NCBI GenBank assembly: GCA_963664115.2
Contig: CAXWPJ010000006.1
Coordinates: 288,001-352,000 of the forward strand
DNA length: 64,000 nt
Reading direction: 5' to 3'
Source of the DNA: Terriglobia bacterium
Lineage (GTDB): Bacteria > Acidobacteriota > Terriglobia > 20CM-2-55-15
Shown here: positions 10,870-22,061 of the stretch, piece by piece
How the letters are laid out: every line of letters starts with the position of its first letter
Numbering within the stretch: position 1 is the first letter of the stretch
Made by a program: the position numbers and the translations under genes
The notes under the pieces: generated by a model
What the model saw: the letters and a program-made list of their open reading frames with translations, nothing else
What the model was told of the DNA's origin: nothing
Database searches by the model: none

Positions 10870-11826
10870 TTATGACGCATGCAACTCGACAATGTCACCG
10901 TCGTCGAGGACGAAGTCGCGGCCGACCATGAGACCATCCGCCTTGGCCTCACCCCATACCTTGGCGAATTTGAGGTCGCTGGCCAGTGTCCGGTGGACCG
11001 CACCGGCAAGATCAAGGACCGTGCTGCCGCGTGCCAGCACGAAGGGATCCCGTCGTTCTGTTTTTTTACCGGGCGCCTTGGTGTATACGCGCACGAGCTC
11101 CAGAAATTCGTAGATCCTTCGGCTGATCTCTCCAATCCCATCCTGCCTGTGTTCAACTGAGGAGAATCCGGCAATGGGATAGGCGTCTCCGTATATTTCC
11201 CTGAGGATTTCTTCCCGATCTGAAGCGCCCGGGGTGTCGATCTTGCTGCCTACGATCATCGTCTTTTTCTGTCCGAGTTCTATCCCGGCTTCCTTGAGTA
11301 CTTCGAGAGTTGATTCCATGCAGTCGAGTACCGCATCGTCGGACAGGTCGCTGATCCAGAGTACGCCGTCGGCGTTGCTGATTATCTGTGGTACCCACGA
11401 ATCCATGTGGTCGAATGAAACCGGGGGGAGGTCCACCAGTTGCAGACGGACTTCTTCGAAGACAAGCATTCCGGGGATGGGTACCCGCGTCGTGAAGGGA
11501 TAGTTGGCGATTTCAGGTGTTGCGTGCGTTAGGGACGCCACCAGGCTCGACTTTCCGGCGTTGGGCGCGCCGACCAGGGCCAGCTGCCGGGCGCCCTCCC
11601 GCTCCAGGTGGAAGGGATCTTTTCTTGCCGTCGACTTCTTTTGAGTGCTTTCCTTCCTGAGTACGGATAGTTTGCGTTTGAGCTCCGCTCGTATCTTTTC
11701 CGTCCCCTTGTGCTTCGGAATGATCGCCATCATTTCCTGGAGGGCCGCAACCTTTCCCTGAGGACTTTCGGCCGCTTTGAATCGTTTTTCGGCTTCCAGA
11801 TATTGGGGTGTCAAGTTGGCGGGCAT
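10870..11826 (-). CDS. DRG/RBG1-like OBG-superfamily GTPase with TGS domain
   Basis: MPANLTPQY..IPKHKGTEK N-terminus, GAPNAGKS, YPFTT, DLPP, SKID, RVYTK..TGS. Confidence 0.85.
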   Translation of the reverse strand: MPANLTPQYLEAEKRFKAAESPQGKVAALQEMMAIIPKHKGTEKIRAELKRKLSVLRKESTQKKSTARKDPFHLEREGARQLALVGAPNAGKSSLVASLTHATPEIANYPFTTRVPIPGMLVFEEVRLQLVDLPPVSFDHMDSWVPQIISNADGVLWISDLSDDAVLDCMESTLEVLKEAGIELGQKKTMIVGSKIDTPGASDREEILREIYGDAYPIAGFSSVEHRQDGIGEISRRIYEFLELVRVYTKAPGKKTERRDPFVLARGSTVLDLAGAVHRTLASDLKFAKVWGEAKADGLMVGRDFVLDDGDIVELHAS

Positions 11827-11929
11827 ACGGCAAGAATAGCAAAGCCGACCGGCGTGTCGAGAGTAGTAACGAACAAACGAAGTTAACAGTTAAAGGCAGG
11901 ACGAAAGGCACGCTCCTGACTTTGAACCT

Positions 11930-13105
11930 TTAACTCGCAACGGGCTCCTTCAACCACCTGCAGGTCGGCAGTATCAGGAGGGTCATGATCGCGGCAATCC
12001 AGGCAACGCTGGAGAATCCAGACCGGTCAAACGCCCAGGCGGAAGCCGTTGCGGCGAATGCGATTCCAAGCTGAGAAGCAGCGTTGCGCACAGCCATATA
12101 CGATCCGCGAACCTCAGACCCGACAAGTTCGGTTGTTAACGCGTGCAGTGGCGCCTGGCGGGCGGCGGCGGTGATGCTGAGCGCACCGACAGCCAGGAAA
12201 AGGAGCAATCCCCATTCCAGGTTGGACACTACGAGGAACAGCGGAGCTAGAATAACGTTGGCGGCGAGGATCATGGCTCGTTTACCAACTCGATCTGCGA
12301 GCCAGCCCGAAATAGGTGCGGCCGAGGTGGCAGCCACTCCGGCCACCATGAACAACAGCCCAATCCGTTCGATACCGATGCCTTCCGACGCGAGCCACAG
12401 GCCGACATACGTAAGAAAACCGACGAGCGCTCCCGAAGTCAAGAATGCCGCCCCCATTCCTGCGACACGGTCGCTGAATCTGAAATGAGCCAGGGCACTA
12501 GAGATCGATGCGGGTCCAGGCCGACGATGGTCCGGCGGTAGCAGCAAAACGGCAACGAACGCTATCAAGGCTCCTGCTACGGCGAGTCCCAAAAATACCC
12601 ACCTCCAGTCGAACCGGGCTGCGACAAATGTGCCGGCCGGTATACTGATAACGAACACGAGGAAATAGGCCATCGATATGATGCCCATTGCTTTTCCGCG
12701 TTGCTGGTACGGGTAGTGGTCGCCCGCATATGAGAATGCCAGTGTCGATAGCGTTCCGGCAGAAAGGCCGGTCAGGAGGCGGGCCGCCAACAAGGTGCTA
12801 AAATAGGAGCTTTGGTAGGTGAGCAGCGATGCGGTAGAGAACACCACTAGAGCCAGACACATCAAGCGCTTACGACCGATACGGTCCGATGCCATGCCGA
12901 GTACCAGCGCGAATGCAGCTGCGGCGAGTGCGTAGACCGTTACAACGGTTCCTGCACGACCGGGAGATGTGTTGAGATCTTCGGCTATTGATGGAAGCAG
13001 TGGCGGGATCAGTGCTGCGTCGGTAACGCCCAGGAACAGAATCCCGAACAGGATTGCAGCTACCTTCCACTGGAAGTTGCCGCGTGAATCGGCGCCTGAC
13101 GACAC
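11930..13105 (-). CDS. MFS transporter
   Basis: ~12 hydrophobic helices; GMASDRIGRK and GWLADRVGKR motif A. Confidence 0.9.
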   Translation of the reverse strand: MSSGADSRGNFQWKVAAILFGILFLGVTDAALIPPLLPSIAEDLNTSPGRAGTVVTVYALAAAAFALVLGMASDRIGRKRLMCLALVVFSTASLLTYQSSYFSTLLAARLLTGLSAGTLSTLAFSYAGDHYPYQQRGKAMGIISMAYFLVFVISIPAGTFVAARFDWRWVFLGLAVAGALIAFVAVLLLPPDHRRPGPASISSALAHFRFSDRVAGMGAAFLTSGALVGFLTYVGLWLASEGIGIERIGLLFMVAGVAATSAAPISGWLADRVGKRAMILAANVILAPLFLVVSNLEWGLLLFLAVGALSITAAARQAPLHALTTELVGSEVRGSYMAVRNAASQLGIAFAATASAWAFDRSGFSSVAWIAAIMTLLILPTCRWLKEPVAS

Positions 13106-13176
13106 CGGCGGATTCTATCACAACGTATTCATTCGCCGTGTGTTCGGCGCGCGGTCGAACTGGAAAGGAATCAAAT

Positions 13177-15609
13177 TTGAAGAGCGAGTTCGGGGACCCC
13201 GAAGCCATTCAGGAAAAAATCGAGTCGATTCCTGACGAATTACCTATCCTGCCTCTCCGTGACGCAGTCATATTTCCGACTGCAGTGATGCCGTTGACGG
13301 TCGGCCGTGAAAGTTCTGTAGAACTGGTCAACGACGTTCAGGACAGCAACGGTCTGCTCGCGGTGCTCACACAACGCGACAAGACGACGGAAGCCCCGGG
13401 GCCTGAAGATCTTTACGACACGGGCACGGTATCGGTCATCCACCGTGTCATGCGGACTCCCGACGGGAACCTGTTTGTAATTGTTATGGCGATCGCCCGA
13501 ATGCGAATCGTCGAATTTACGCAGTTCGAACCCTACCTGAGGGCCCGGCTGGAAGTGCTTTCCGACGACGCCGAAGAAGAAACCGAGGTGGATTTTCAGG
13601 CACTTCGGAGAAGCGTTCTGGGCCAGTTTGAACGCGTGATCCGACTCTCACCGCAGCTTCCTGATGATCTGCAGACCTTCGTTATCAACATCGACGAATC
13701 CGGACGGCTTGCCGACTACATCGCCACGAACCTGCCCAATCTCCCGGTCGATTCAAAACAGCTCGTATTGGGCTTGACCAGCGCGCGGGAGCGACTGGAG
13801 TATTTGAATACCGAACTCGCCAAGGAGCTCGAAGTTCTGGAACTGAGGACAAAAATTCAGAGCCAGGTGGAGGAAGAGGTCGGTAAATCACAAAGGGAGT
13901 ACTTTCTGCGCGAGCAGCTCAGGGCCATCCAGAAGGAGTTGGGAGAGACCGACGATTCACAACGGGAAATAGACGAGTTGCGGGAGCAAATCGAGAAAGC
14001 AAAGCTTCCCGAAGAAGCGGCCAAGGAGGCAGAACGCGAATTGACCCGCCTGGGGCGGATGTCTCCGGCTGCAGCCGACTACACGGTTACACGGACTTAT
14101 CTGGATTGGTTAGTGACGCTTCCTTGGAACGTGTTGACGACTGAAAAATCCGATATTGTTCACGCAAAGGAAATTCTCGATCGCGACCACCACGCCCTGG
14201 AAAAAGTCAAAGAAAGAATTCTCGAATATCTGGCGGTGTTGGAACTACGTCCGGAAGGCAAGGCGCCGATCTTATGTTTCGTCGGTCCTCCGGGTGTGGG
14301 GAAGACTTCTCTGGGACGGTCCATCGCCCGGGCAACAGGGCGCCGCTTTATCCGTATGTCGTTAGGTGGAATACGGGACGAAGCTGAGATTCGCGGGCAC
14401 AGGCGGACTTACATCGGTGCGCTTCCAGGTCAAATCATCCAGAGTATACGCCGCGCTGGTGCCCGCGATCCGGTTTTGATGCTCGATGAGATCGATAAAC
14501 TGGGCGCCGACTTTCGGGGTGATCCTGCCGCGGCTCTGCTTGAAGTGTTGGACCCGGAACAGAACTCCAGTTTCCGGGACCACTATCTGGATGTCGAGTT
14601 CGATCTTTCCCGCGTCTTTTTCATCACGACAGCCAATGTGCTCGACACAATTCCTTCCGCCCTCCGTGATCGCATGGAGACCATAGAGTTGCCCGGATAC
14701 ACGGAGGAGGAGAAGGTCCTTATCGCACGGGATTATCTCGCTCCGCGCCAACGGGAGGAAAACGGCCTGAAAGTCGATCAGATTGAGTTTTCCGAAGCGG
14801 CGCTGCGGGACGTCGCCCGGTACTACACCCGTGAGGCAGGTGTCCGGAACCTCGAAAGGGAAATCGGCAACATCTGCAGAAAATATGCGCGCCGACAGTT
14901 GGAAGGGAAGTCGCCCGCCCCTGCCATCACGCCGGAAGTGGTTGCCCGCTTGCTCGGTGCGGCCAAGTATAAAGTGGCCGAGGAACTCGAAGAGAGGGTC
15001 AAGAGGCCCGGTGTCGCCGTGGGATTGGCCTGGACACCGGTAGGGGGCGAAGTCTTGTTTGTAGAAGCGAACCTGGCCCCCGGCGGCCGTCACCTGACGG
15101 TGACGGGTCAGCTGGGTGACGTGATGCAGGAGTCGACCAAAGCTGCGCTGACATGGGTCCGTTCGATGGCCGCGCGCTTGGGATTGGAGTCGGATTTCTA
15201 CAAGGATCGCGATGTTCATATCCACGTTCCTTCAGGGGCCATACCGAAGGATGGACCGTCCGCAGGGGTCACGATGGTAACGGCGCTGGTCTCCGCGCTC
15301 ATTGGAGAACCGGTCCGCCCTAAGTTGGCCATGACCGGTGAAATCACTCTGAGCGGTTACGTTCTTCCCGTCGGCGGCATCAAGGAAAAGGTTCTCGCCG
15401 CCCGGCGTGCGGGAGTGGAAGAGCTTTTGCTCCCGGCAGAAAACGAAAAGAATGTTCTGGAGGATATTCAGAACGATCTTCTGTCATCGGTTCGGATCCG
15501 TTACATCAAGACAATCGAAGACGTGTTGACCTTCGCTTTCGAACGCGAAGTGTTGTCTGCGGAAGTTGTCGCGGCTTCAACTGAGACAGCGCCGGTGTCA
15601 CGAGGCTAG
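13177..15609 (+). CDS. lon: ATP-dependent Lon protease (LonA)
   Basis: LPILPLRD N domain, [27 protein letters not shown]; TTG start after GAAAGGAA. Confidence 0.95.
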   Translation: MKSEFGDPEAIQEKIESIPDELPILPLRDAVIFPTAVMPLTVGRESSVELVNDVQDSNGLLAVLTQRDKTTEAPGPEDLYDTGTVSVIHRVMRTPDGNLFVIVMAIARMRIVEFTQFEPYLRARLEVLSDDAEEETEVDFQALRRSVLGQFERVIRLSPQLPDDLQTFVINIDESGRLADYIATNLPNLPVDSKQLVLGLTSARERLEYLNTELAKELEVLELRTKIQSQVEEEVGKSQREYFLREQLRAIQKELGETDDSQREIDELREQIEKAKLPEEAAKEAERELTRLGRMSPAAADYTVTRTYLDWLVTLPWNVLTTEKSDIVHAKEILDRDHHALEKVKERILEYLAVLELRPEGKAPILCFVGPPGVGKTSLGRSIARATGRRFIRMSLGGIRDEAEIRGHRRTYIGALPGQIIQSIRRAGARDPVLMLDEIDKLGADFRGDPAAALLEVLDPEQNSSFRDHYLDVEFDLSRVFFITTANVLDTIPSALRDRMETIELPGYTEEEKVLIARDYLAPRQREENGLKVDQIEFSEAALRDVARYYTREAGVRNLEREIGNICRKYARRQLEGKSPAPAITPEVVARLLGAAKYKVAEELEERVKRPGVAVGLAWTPVGGEVLFVEANLAPGGRHLTVTGQLGDVMQESTKAALTWVRSMAARLGLESDFYKDRDVHIHVPSGAIPKDGPSAGVTMVTALVSALIGEPVRPKLAMTGEITLSGYVLPVGGIKEKVLAARRAGVEELLLPAENEKNVLEDIQNDLLSSVRIRYIKTIEDVLTFAFEREVLSAEVVAASTETAPVSRG

Positions 15610-15612
15610 TTG

Positions 15613-16941
15613 ATGACTCCTTCCTCCGCTTCAGAAACCAAGTTCGCAGCGTGGTTCGAATGTTTCGCCGGCTGTGGTGAGCGAATTTCGCTCGAAGACA
15701 TCGTTTACCGCTGCCCGTCCTGCAACTCACTACTGGAAGTCCATCATGACCTTGATGCCTTGCGCTCGGTGACGCCGGTTCGCTGGAAGGAGTTGCTTGC
15801 ATCCCGCTTGGCCTCGGATGGCGGTGTCTGGTCCCAGAAGGAACTCGTCCTCCCCATCGTGAAAGACGCAGACATCGTTTCGCTGGGCGAAGGGAACACG
15901 CCGATGCTCGCGAGTCCGCGGATGGCTCGGGCTTTGGGGGTGAGAGAGATTTTCGTCAAGCAGTGCGGCACCTCGCATACCGGTTCCTTCAAGGACCTTG
16001 GTATGACAGTACTTGTGTCCATGGTCAACCGGATCCGGTCCCGGATCCGTGCCGTTGCGTGTGCTTCGACCGGGGATACCTCGGCAGCTTTGGCCGCATA
16101 CTGCGCGGCAGCAGGAATACCGTCCATAGTATTCCTGCCCAAAGGCAAGGTGTCGTTGCCACAGTTGATCCAGCCCATTTCAAACGGCGCACTGACGCTG
16201 TCGCTCGATACCGATTTCGACGGTTGCATGGAACTGGTCCAGAAGATTACTGAGGACTCTTCGATATATCTGGCGAACTCAATGAACTCCTTGAGGGTCG
16301 AAGGGCAGAAAACGATCAGCCTGGAAATCATCCAGCAATTGAGATGGGAGGTGCCCGATTACGTTGTTGTCCCCGGCGGCAACCTCGGCAACATTTCGGC
16401 GATCGGTATGGGTTTCATGCTGGCCAGAGATCTGGGAATAATTGATCGTCTGCCCCGACTCGTCTGCGCGCAGACGGAAATGGCAAATCCCTTGTTTCGC
16501 GCCTACCAATCGGGATTCGAACGTTTCGAGCCGATTGTTGCGGGTCCGACGATGGCGACTGCCATTCAGATCGGCAATCCGGTCAGCTTTCCGAAGGCTG
16601 TCCGGGCGCTTCAGGCCAGTGACGGCATCGTCGGACAGGTGAGCGAGGCGGAGTTGGGGGATGCAGCCGTGTTCGGTGACGGTTTCGGGCTTTTCAATGA
16701 CCCTCAAACTGGTGTTGCAATTGGAGTTACAAGAAAATTGATCGCATCTGGAGATATCGAGAAAGATGCTCGAATCGTTGTCATCAGCACCGCCCATGGG
16801 CTGAAATTTGTCGACTTCAAATTGAAATTGCATCAGGGCAAGGTTCCTGGTACCGACCCTGCGCTCCGGAACCTGCCGATCGAGGTTCCTGCCGACATCG
16901 ACAAGGTACGGAGAGTCCTCGATGGCAGCCTACCTGCTTGA
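15613..16941 (+). CDS. thrC: Threonine synthase
   Basis: HTGSFKDLGM PLP lysine, ACASTGDTSA, PGGNLGN, TAHGLKF. Confidence 0.93.
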   Translation: MTPSSASETKFAAWFECFAGCGERISLEDIVYRCPSCNSLLEVHHDLDALRSVTPVRWKELLASRLASDGGVWSQKELVLPIVKDADIVSLGEGNTPMLASPRMARALGVREIFVKQCGTSHTGSFKDLGMTVLVSMVNRIRSRIRAVACASTGDTSAALAAYCAAAGIPSIVFLPKGKVSLPQLIQPISNGALTLSLDTDFDGCMELVQKITEDSSIYLANSMNSLRVEGQKTISLEIIQQLRWEVPDYVVVPGGNLGNISAIGMGFMLARDLGIIDRLPRLVCAQTEMANPLFRAYQSGFERFEPIVAGPTMATAIQIGNPVSFPKAVRALQASDGIVGQVSEAELGDAAVFGDGFGLFNDPQTGVAIGVTRKLIASGDIEKDARIVVISTAHGLKFVDFKLKLHQGKVPGTDPALRNLPIEVPADIDKVRRVLDGSLPA

Positions 16942-16968
16942 CAATCCCTTGCAACGAAAAGCTATACT
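16938..16968 (+). promoter_or_regulatory. Putative sigma70 promoter
   Basis: TTGACA-19 bp-TATACT upstream of 17003. Confidence 0.4.
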
Positions 16969-17002
16969 TTTTCAATAAGTTAGCGTTGTTCGAAGGTGAT
17001 TT

Positions 17003-20000
17003 GTGGTCAAAATGAACACATTACTGCGGCTGTTGTGCGCATTACTGGTGGTCACGTGTGTGTCCGTGCCGGTAGCGGCCCAGTCTGTGTTCCATTTTCC
17101 GCGCGTCTCTATGAGCGAGGGAGGCGGTGTCGGAGGGGGCGACGGTCGGTCCTCGCATGTCACGGTTACCAACCCGTCGGAGTCTACGGCTGAAGTCGAA
17201 TTCGAGCTGATTGGGCTGGACGGATCCCAGGTCGGGGCTCCAGCCAATCCGGTGCGTTACCGGGTCGAACCCGACAGCATTCTGTCGATGGGGATTGACA
17301 CGGTCTTTGCGACCTCAGGTGCGGCCGGGTGGATTCGCGTCAGCAGCGATCAGTCGGGCTTGGCAGCCCGGCTCCAAACAGGAGACTTCGCCACCAGCCT
17401 CGAGGAAATCGCACCCGGCATTCCTCTGGCCGATCAGCTTGTGGTCATCCCGAGCGGGGACCCACAGGCGCTGCGTGTTTTGCGAGTCGTCAATCCGTCT
17501 GACAGTCTAACTGCCGTAAACGTGACGGTCTTTGATAATCAGGGAAACGTTGCGGAGAGCTTTGCCGTGGCGCTGGAGGCCTTTTCGGGTAGTGATTTCA
17601 GCTTGGTCTCTTCAGGGGCGGGGGCGCGGATCAGTTCGAGCCAAGCCGTTGTGGCCCAGGTGGAAATCAGCACAGACGATTCGCTGTTGCTGCTCAACGG
17701 TCAGGCAGCAAGCGGCTTGGCAGCAGCGTTTCGAGTTGCACCTCATGTAGTGATCGGTAATGGCTTTGAGTCGACCCTCGTATTGTCCAATCCGACAGGG
17801 CAAACCATTAACGTGTTCGCGACCTTGTTCAGTCAATCAGGCGGTCCCGTCCATATTTCCCAGAGCCGGCCGCCCAGGCATGCCCTGGCGATCCCGGCCA
17901 ACGGATCTGTTTCGATCGGTGCCGGCCGACTCACCGGGCTTCTGTTTGTTCCGGCCGTGGACGGCTGGATCGAAATTGAATCCCCGAACGTCGCGTTGGC
18001 AGGTGGACTGATCGTGTCACAAGGTCGGAATCGGACGATCTATCCACTACAAGTGGAGTCCGAGGCCAAGGTCTTCTATCCGCAGTCGGAAGTACTCGAT
18101 TCTCAGTTTGCAGCTTTGGTGGTGACCAATCCGTCCGGGATTCCTGCCGATGTCGAAATCTCGGCGATCGATGCGGATGGTTATACATTGGCCCGGTCCT
18201 CGTTCGTTGTTGCGGCGAAGAGCAAGATGACAGGGCTTGTCGGCGAACTGTTCCCCGGAATTGATTTGAATCAGGGAGGCACCCTGACCTTGAGGTCTTC
18301 GTCTTCCACTTACGGGCTTCTGATGGTCGGCCCCACAGATGGCTTTCTTGCTGCGGCCGGAGCGGAGACACTGTCCGCCGGATTTTCCGGCGACCCAGGG
18401 CTTCGGCCGGAAATCACGTCGATAGAACCCGAGCAGGTACGGTCTGGAGATACCGTGCGTATCCGCGGGCAGTTACTCAATGTTAACACCTTGCTCCTGG
18501 GTGGCCTTCCGGTGAGTGCGCGTTCACTGGCACCCGGCATTGCCATTCTTTCTGTGGTTGTGCCGGATATTGAAGCCGGTTTCGTCGATTTCAAAATTCG
18601 AACCTCGGACGGTCTCGAGTCCGAGCCGTATACGATTCTCGTGCTTCCGTCCGACCAGCAATCCTTACGCGAAGTGCGAGGACGGGCTTTTTTCCAAAAA
18701 ATCGATCTCGAGGCGGATGGCCTTGATCTCTCCCAACCTGTCATGGTGCCGATTCGTGAAGCGCGGGTCGATGTATTCAGCCAGTTGACCGGCGCAGTGT
18801 TCTCGGTTGCGGGTACCGACCGGTACGGGAACTTCCGGGCTTTGGTTCCTGTCGGTTCGGAGTATGCATTACGTGCCCTGAGCCAATCGTCTGAGTCCGG
18901 AGTGGCCGTGGCGGACAACACGAGCGGCGGTGCCCTCTATTTAGTCAGCGCAGGTATAGAGGTCGAGACTGCTCCGGTGTTGCTTGCCCTGGACGCGGAC
19001 CGTACTTCGGGCGCTTTTAACATCCTGGAAGTGATTCGACAGGGTAACGCCTTTCTCAGGGCGATGGATTCGGATCTGCCGGTGCCGACCATGGGCATCT
19101 TCTGGAGTCCGAACAATACTGCGACCGCAGGTGACGCTGACCAGGGTCAGATTGGCGGTACGTTCTTCAACGCAGAAACGAACACGGCGTTCATTCTGGG
19201 AGACCGCGCAACGGATTCGGATGAGTTTGATGACTCCGTAATTCTCCACGAGTATGCGCACCTGTTGGCAACGAGATTCTCGAGAGATGATTCTCGTGGC
19301 GGCCCCCACGTGCTTGGCGACGCACTCGATCCGAGAGTGGCCTGGTCGGAGGGTTGGGCGAATTTCTTTTCCGCTTTGGTTCGCAACAGTCCGATCTACA
19401 GGGACTCGCTGGGTTTTGGTGGTGAGGCTGTCCTGGAATATAACCTGGAAGAAAACGTACCCATCGGGGATCAACCCGGCTACTGGAGTGAATTTTCGGT
19501 CCACTCGATTCTGTGGGACCTGGCAGACTCGACCCCGGATACTGGGGATGCTATCGAGATTCCACTTCCTGTCATATGGGAAGCTTTTCTTCAGTTGAGT
19601 GATGACACCTTCGTCTACGTCCCGTCGTTTCTGGATCGCCTGACATCGTTGTTGCCTCTCGAGGCGTCTGGAATTGAGCAGATCACACGGATGCGTTCCA
19701 TCGACTATGTCGCGTCGGCCCTGCCCAGTGTGTCGAATCCTTTTCCGCGTTTGGTGGGAGGCACAGACACAGTCACCGGCGATGTAGATTCGCTTTCAAG
19801 AGGGCGTGTCAACCTGGCTCAATCTGCGCACCACTATGTTTTCGACGTGGATGGCGGTGCAGTCTCCATTCGTCTGGACATTACGGGCCTGGGCCAGGGC
19901 CAAAACCCCAACTCGAACGATCTGGATCTGTTCTTGACGGATTCCGGGGGCCGAGTTTTGGCCCGATCGGATCGGGGCCTGGACGGACAATCCGAGTTGA

Positions 20001-20122
20001 TCTCGACGTTCCTTCCTGCCGGTCGCTATGTGATCGAGATCCGGAGTTTCTATACGCAGGGCGAGACAGGCGCGCTGGTCTTCAACTCCGGTTCCTACAG
20101 TCTTCAGATACGCCTACCGTAA
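17003..20122 (+). CDS. Large secreted modular Zn metallopeptidase (repeat beta domains, IPT/TIG, gluzincin, PPC-like)
   Basis: Signal peptide; four NP-motif repeats; PEITSIEP IPT; HEYAH...WSEGWA; DLDLFL..GRYVIEI C-terminus. Confidence 0.75.
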   Translation: MVKMNTLLRLLCALLVVTCVSVPVAAQSVFHFPRVSMSEGGGVGGGDGRSSHVTVTNPSESTAEVEFELIGLDGSQVGAPANPVRYRVEPDSILSMGIDTVFATSGAAGWIRVSSDQSGLAARLQTGDFATSLEEIAPGIPLADQLVVIPSGDPQALRVLRVVNPSDSLTAVNVTVFDNQGNVAESFAVALEAFSGSDFSLVSSGAGARISSSQAVVAQVEISTDDSLLLLNGQAASGLAAAFRVAPHVVIGNGFESTLVLSNPTGQTINVFATLFSQSGGPVHISQSRPPRHALAIPANGSVSIGAGRLTGLLFVPAVDGWIEIESPNVALAGGLIVSQGRNRTIYPLQVESEAKVFYPQSEVLDSQFAALVVTNPSGIPADVEISAIDADGYTLARSSFVVAAKSKMTGLVGELFPGIDLNQGGTLTLRSSSSTYGLLMVGPTDGFLAAAGAETLSAGFSGDPGLRPEITSIEPEQVRSGDTVRIRGQLLNVNTLLLGGLPVSARSLAPGIAILSVVVPDIEAGFVDFKIRTSDGLESEPYTILVLPSDQQSLREVRGRAFFQKIDLEADGLDLSQPVMVPIREARVDVFSQLTGAVFSVAGTDRYGNFRALVPVGSEYALRALSQSSESGVAVADNTSGGALYLVSAGIEVETAPVLLALDADRTSGAFNILEVIRQGNAFLRAMDSDLPVPTMGIFWSPNNTATAGDADQGQIGGTFFNAETNTAFILGDRATDSDEFDDSVILHEYAHLLATRFSRDDSRGGPHVLGDALDPRVAWSEGWANFFSALVRNSPIYRDSLGFGGEAVLEYNLEENVPIGDQPGYWSEFSVHSILWDLADSTPDTGDAIEIPLPVIWEAFLQLSDDTFVYVPSFLDRLTSLLPLEASGIEQITRMRSIDYVASALPSVSNPFPRLVGGTDTVTGDVDSLSRGRVNLAQSAHHYVFDVDGGAVSIRLDITGLGQGQNPNSNDLDLFLTDSGGRVLARSDRGLDGQSELISTFLPAGRYVIEIRSFYTQGETGALVFNSGSYSLQIRLP

Positions 20123-20227
20123 AAATTTCATAGTTGAAGATTACGAACTGCTCTTCTGATGGGGAAACCAGACTCAGGACGGTAGGTCCCGGCTAAGAAA
20201 TTTCCATACGTACAAGAAATGTCCGGA

Positions 20228-21400
20228 TCAGGAAGCGTCCTGGTAGGAATCGAGAGCCGCCCGCACTCCAGCGCCGGGGGAAGCGCTGAATCCCATCTCG
20301 GAAAGGATTTCTTCCAGTCCGTTGATCAGGAGCAGCACGTTGTTGCGTTGAGATGAATATCCCATCAAACCGATCCTCCAGATCTTCCCCTTGAGATCGG
20401 TTAGCCCGCCGACGATTTCTATTCCGTAACGCTTGAGGAGCTTCGACCTTACCTCGGCTTCGTCGATGCCGTCGGGCACCTTCACGGTGTTTACGGTCCA
20501 GGCACGTACCTCGCTTTTGGCAAACATCTCCAGACCCATCGCTTCCAGACCCGCGACAAGCGCGAGATGGTTTTCCCGGTGCCGCGCGAAGCGATTGGCG
20601 AGACCTTCCTCTTCGATGACCCGTAACGATTCCCGCAACGCGTAGTTCATCGAAATCGGAGCCGTGTGATGATAGCGGCGATCGCTGCCCCAGTACTTTT
20701 CAAGCATGGACACATCCAGGTACCAGCTCTGAACGGGTTCTTTGCGCGACCGCAGCTGTCGAATCGCGTTCGGCGACAGCGTAACAGGAGCGAGTCCCGG
20801 GGGACAGCTCAGGCACTTCTGGCTGCCGCTGTATACGAAGTCGAGTCCGTTGGTCGCCACGTCGACGGGTTGACCTCCAAGCGAGGCTACAGCGTCCACG
20901 ATCGTGATGATGTCGTCGTCACGTAGCAATTGTGCGAGGGGTTCGATGGGCTGTGCTACACCTGTGGAAGTTTCGACATGGACGAAGGCCACGACTTTCG
21001 GCCGTTTTTTTTGGATGGCCTGGCGTAATTGATCGGGGGTGACGGCCTCGCCCGGAGAGGCTTCTACGATCTCGACCTCCCCCCCTGCCCGGTGCGCAAT
21101 CTGTAGCATGCGATCGGCGAAGAATCCAGCCGAGCAAACGAGGACGGCGTCCCCTGGCTCGATCATGTTGACCATGGCCGTTTCCATGCCTGCGGTTCCT
21201 GTTCCCGAGACCGGCAGCGTGAGGGGGTTCTCCGCTTGAAAGACACCCCGGAGGCCTTTCTGGATTTCGTCCATCACGTCCAGAAAAACAGGATCCAGAT
21301 GGCTGACCAGGGTCTGCGACATGGCTTTGAGCACACGGGGGTCGACATCGCTCGGGCCAGGCCCCAACAAGATTCGGAACGGAGGGTTGAACTCTTTCAC
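20228..21400 (-). CDS. Class V aminotransferase (alanine-glyoxylate/serine-pyruvate type)
   Basis: LLGPGPS, VHVETSTG, VDAVASLGG, SGSQKCL; GTG start inferred. Confidence 0.9.
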   Translation of the reverse strand: MKEFNPPFRILLGPGPSDVDPRVLKAMSQTLVSHLDPVFLDVMDEIQKGLRGVFQAENPLTLPVSGTGTAGMETAMVNMIEPGDAVLVCSAGFFADRMLQIAHRAGGEVEIVEASPGEAVTPDQLRQAIQKKRPKVVAFVHVETSTGVAQPIEPLAQLLRDDDIITIVDAVASLGGQPVDVATNGLDFVYSGSQKCLSCPPGLAPVTLSPNAIRQLRSRKEPVQSWYLDVSMLEKYWGSDRRYHHTAPISMNYALRESLRVIEEEGLANRFARHRENHLALVAGLEAMGLEMFAKSEVRAWTVNTVKVPDGIDEAEVRSKLLKRYGIEIVGGLTDLKGKIWRIGLMGYSSQRNNVLLLINGLEEILSEMGFSASPGAGVRAALDSYQDAS

Positions 21401-21528
21401 AGTTGTAGCGACTCCATTGGTAAGTGGCGTGGTTGGTAGCGTCCCAGAATGTTTTTTGGACTTATACGCTAGGAAAATCTGATTGCGGGAGTCTTCAAGA
21501 TGGAGATTATAACCGCTTGCGGCAGACT

Positions 21529-22029
21529 TTACGAACCCTCGACACAACCCTTCGCCAGTGAAAGTGCCAGTCGTACTGCGTCTTCGGGTGTCGCTACAGC
21601 TTGAAATTCAGGTTCCGCGTAGCGGATTCCATTGCGGACGGCGTCCCATGTGCGGAGCCCCACGACCGGTGTGCCCACCTTGATGGCGAGGGCAATTTCC
21701 GAAAGGGTCCCAGGACCGCCTGCGATCGCTATGATAGCGTGTGCAGTCAGGACGTTGATCGCGTTCCGGGCGTTGCCCATACCCGTAACGATCGGGAGTT
21801 CGACCCAGCGGTTTGCGTGCCCGTCGTTGTCGTCGGGAAGGATACCCACGACCAAACCGCCGGCTTCTGCCCCACCGCGGGCCGCGGCTTCCATCACGCC
21901 GCCACCACCACCACAGATCAGCACAGCACCGTGCTCAGCGATACCGCGACCCACGCTTTCAGCGATTCTGGAAATTTCCGCGTCACACTGTCCGGAGCCC
22001 ATGACGCCTATCCGTAATTTCCGTTCCAT
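21529..22029 (-). CDS. TIGR00725/LOG (SLOG) family protein
   Basis: CGGGGGVMEAA, TGMGNARN, GGPGTLSEIA. Confidence 0.88.
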   Translation of the reverse strand: MERKLRIGVMGSGQCDAEISRIAESVGRGIAEHGAVLICGGGGGVMEAAARGGAEAGGLVVGILPDDNDGHANRWVELPIVTGMGNARNAINVLTAHAIIAIAGGPGTLSEIALAIKVGTPVVGLRTWDAVRNGIRYAEPEFQAVATPEDAVRLALSLAKGCVEGS

Positions 22030-22061
22030 CCCTTAGTGTTGCCCTACCGTCTGAAATACAC

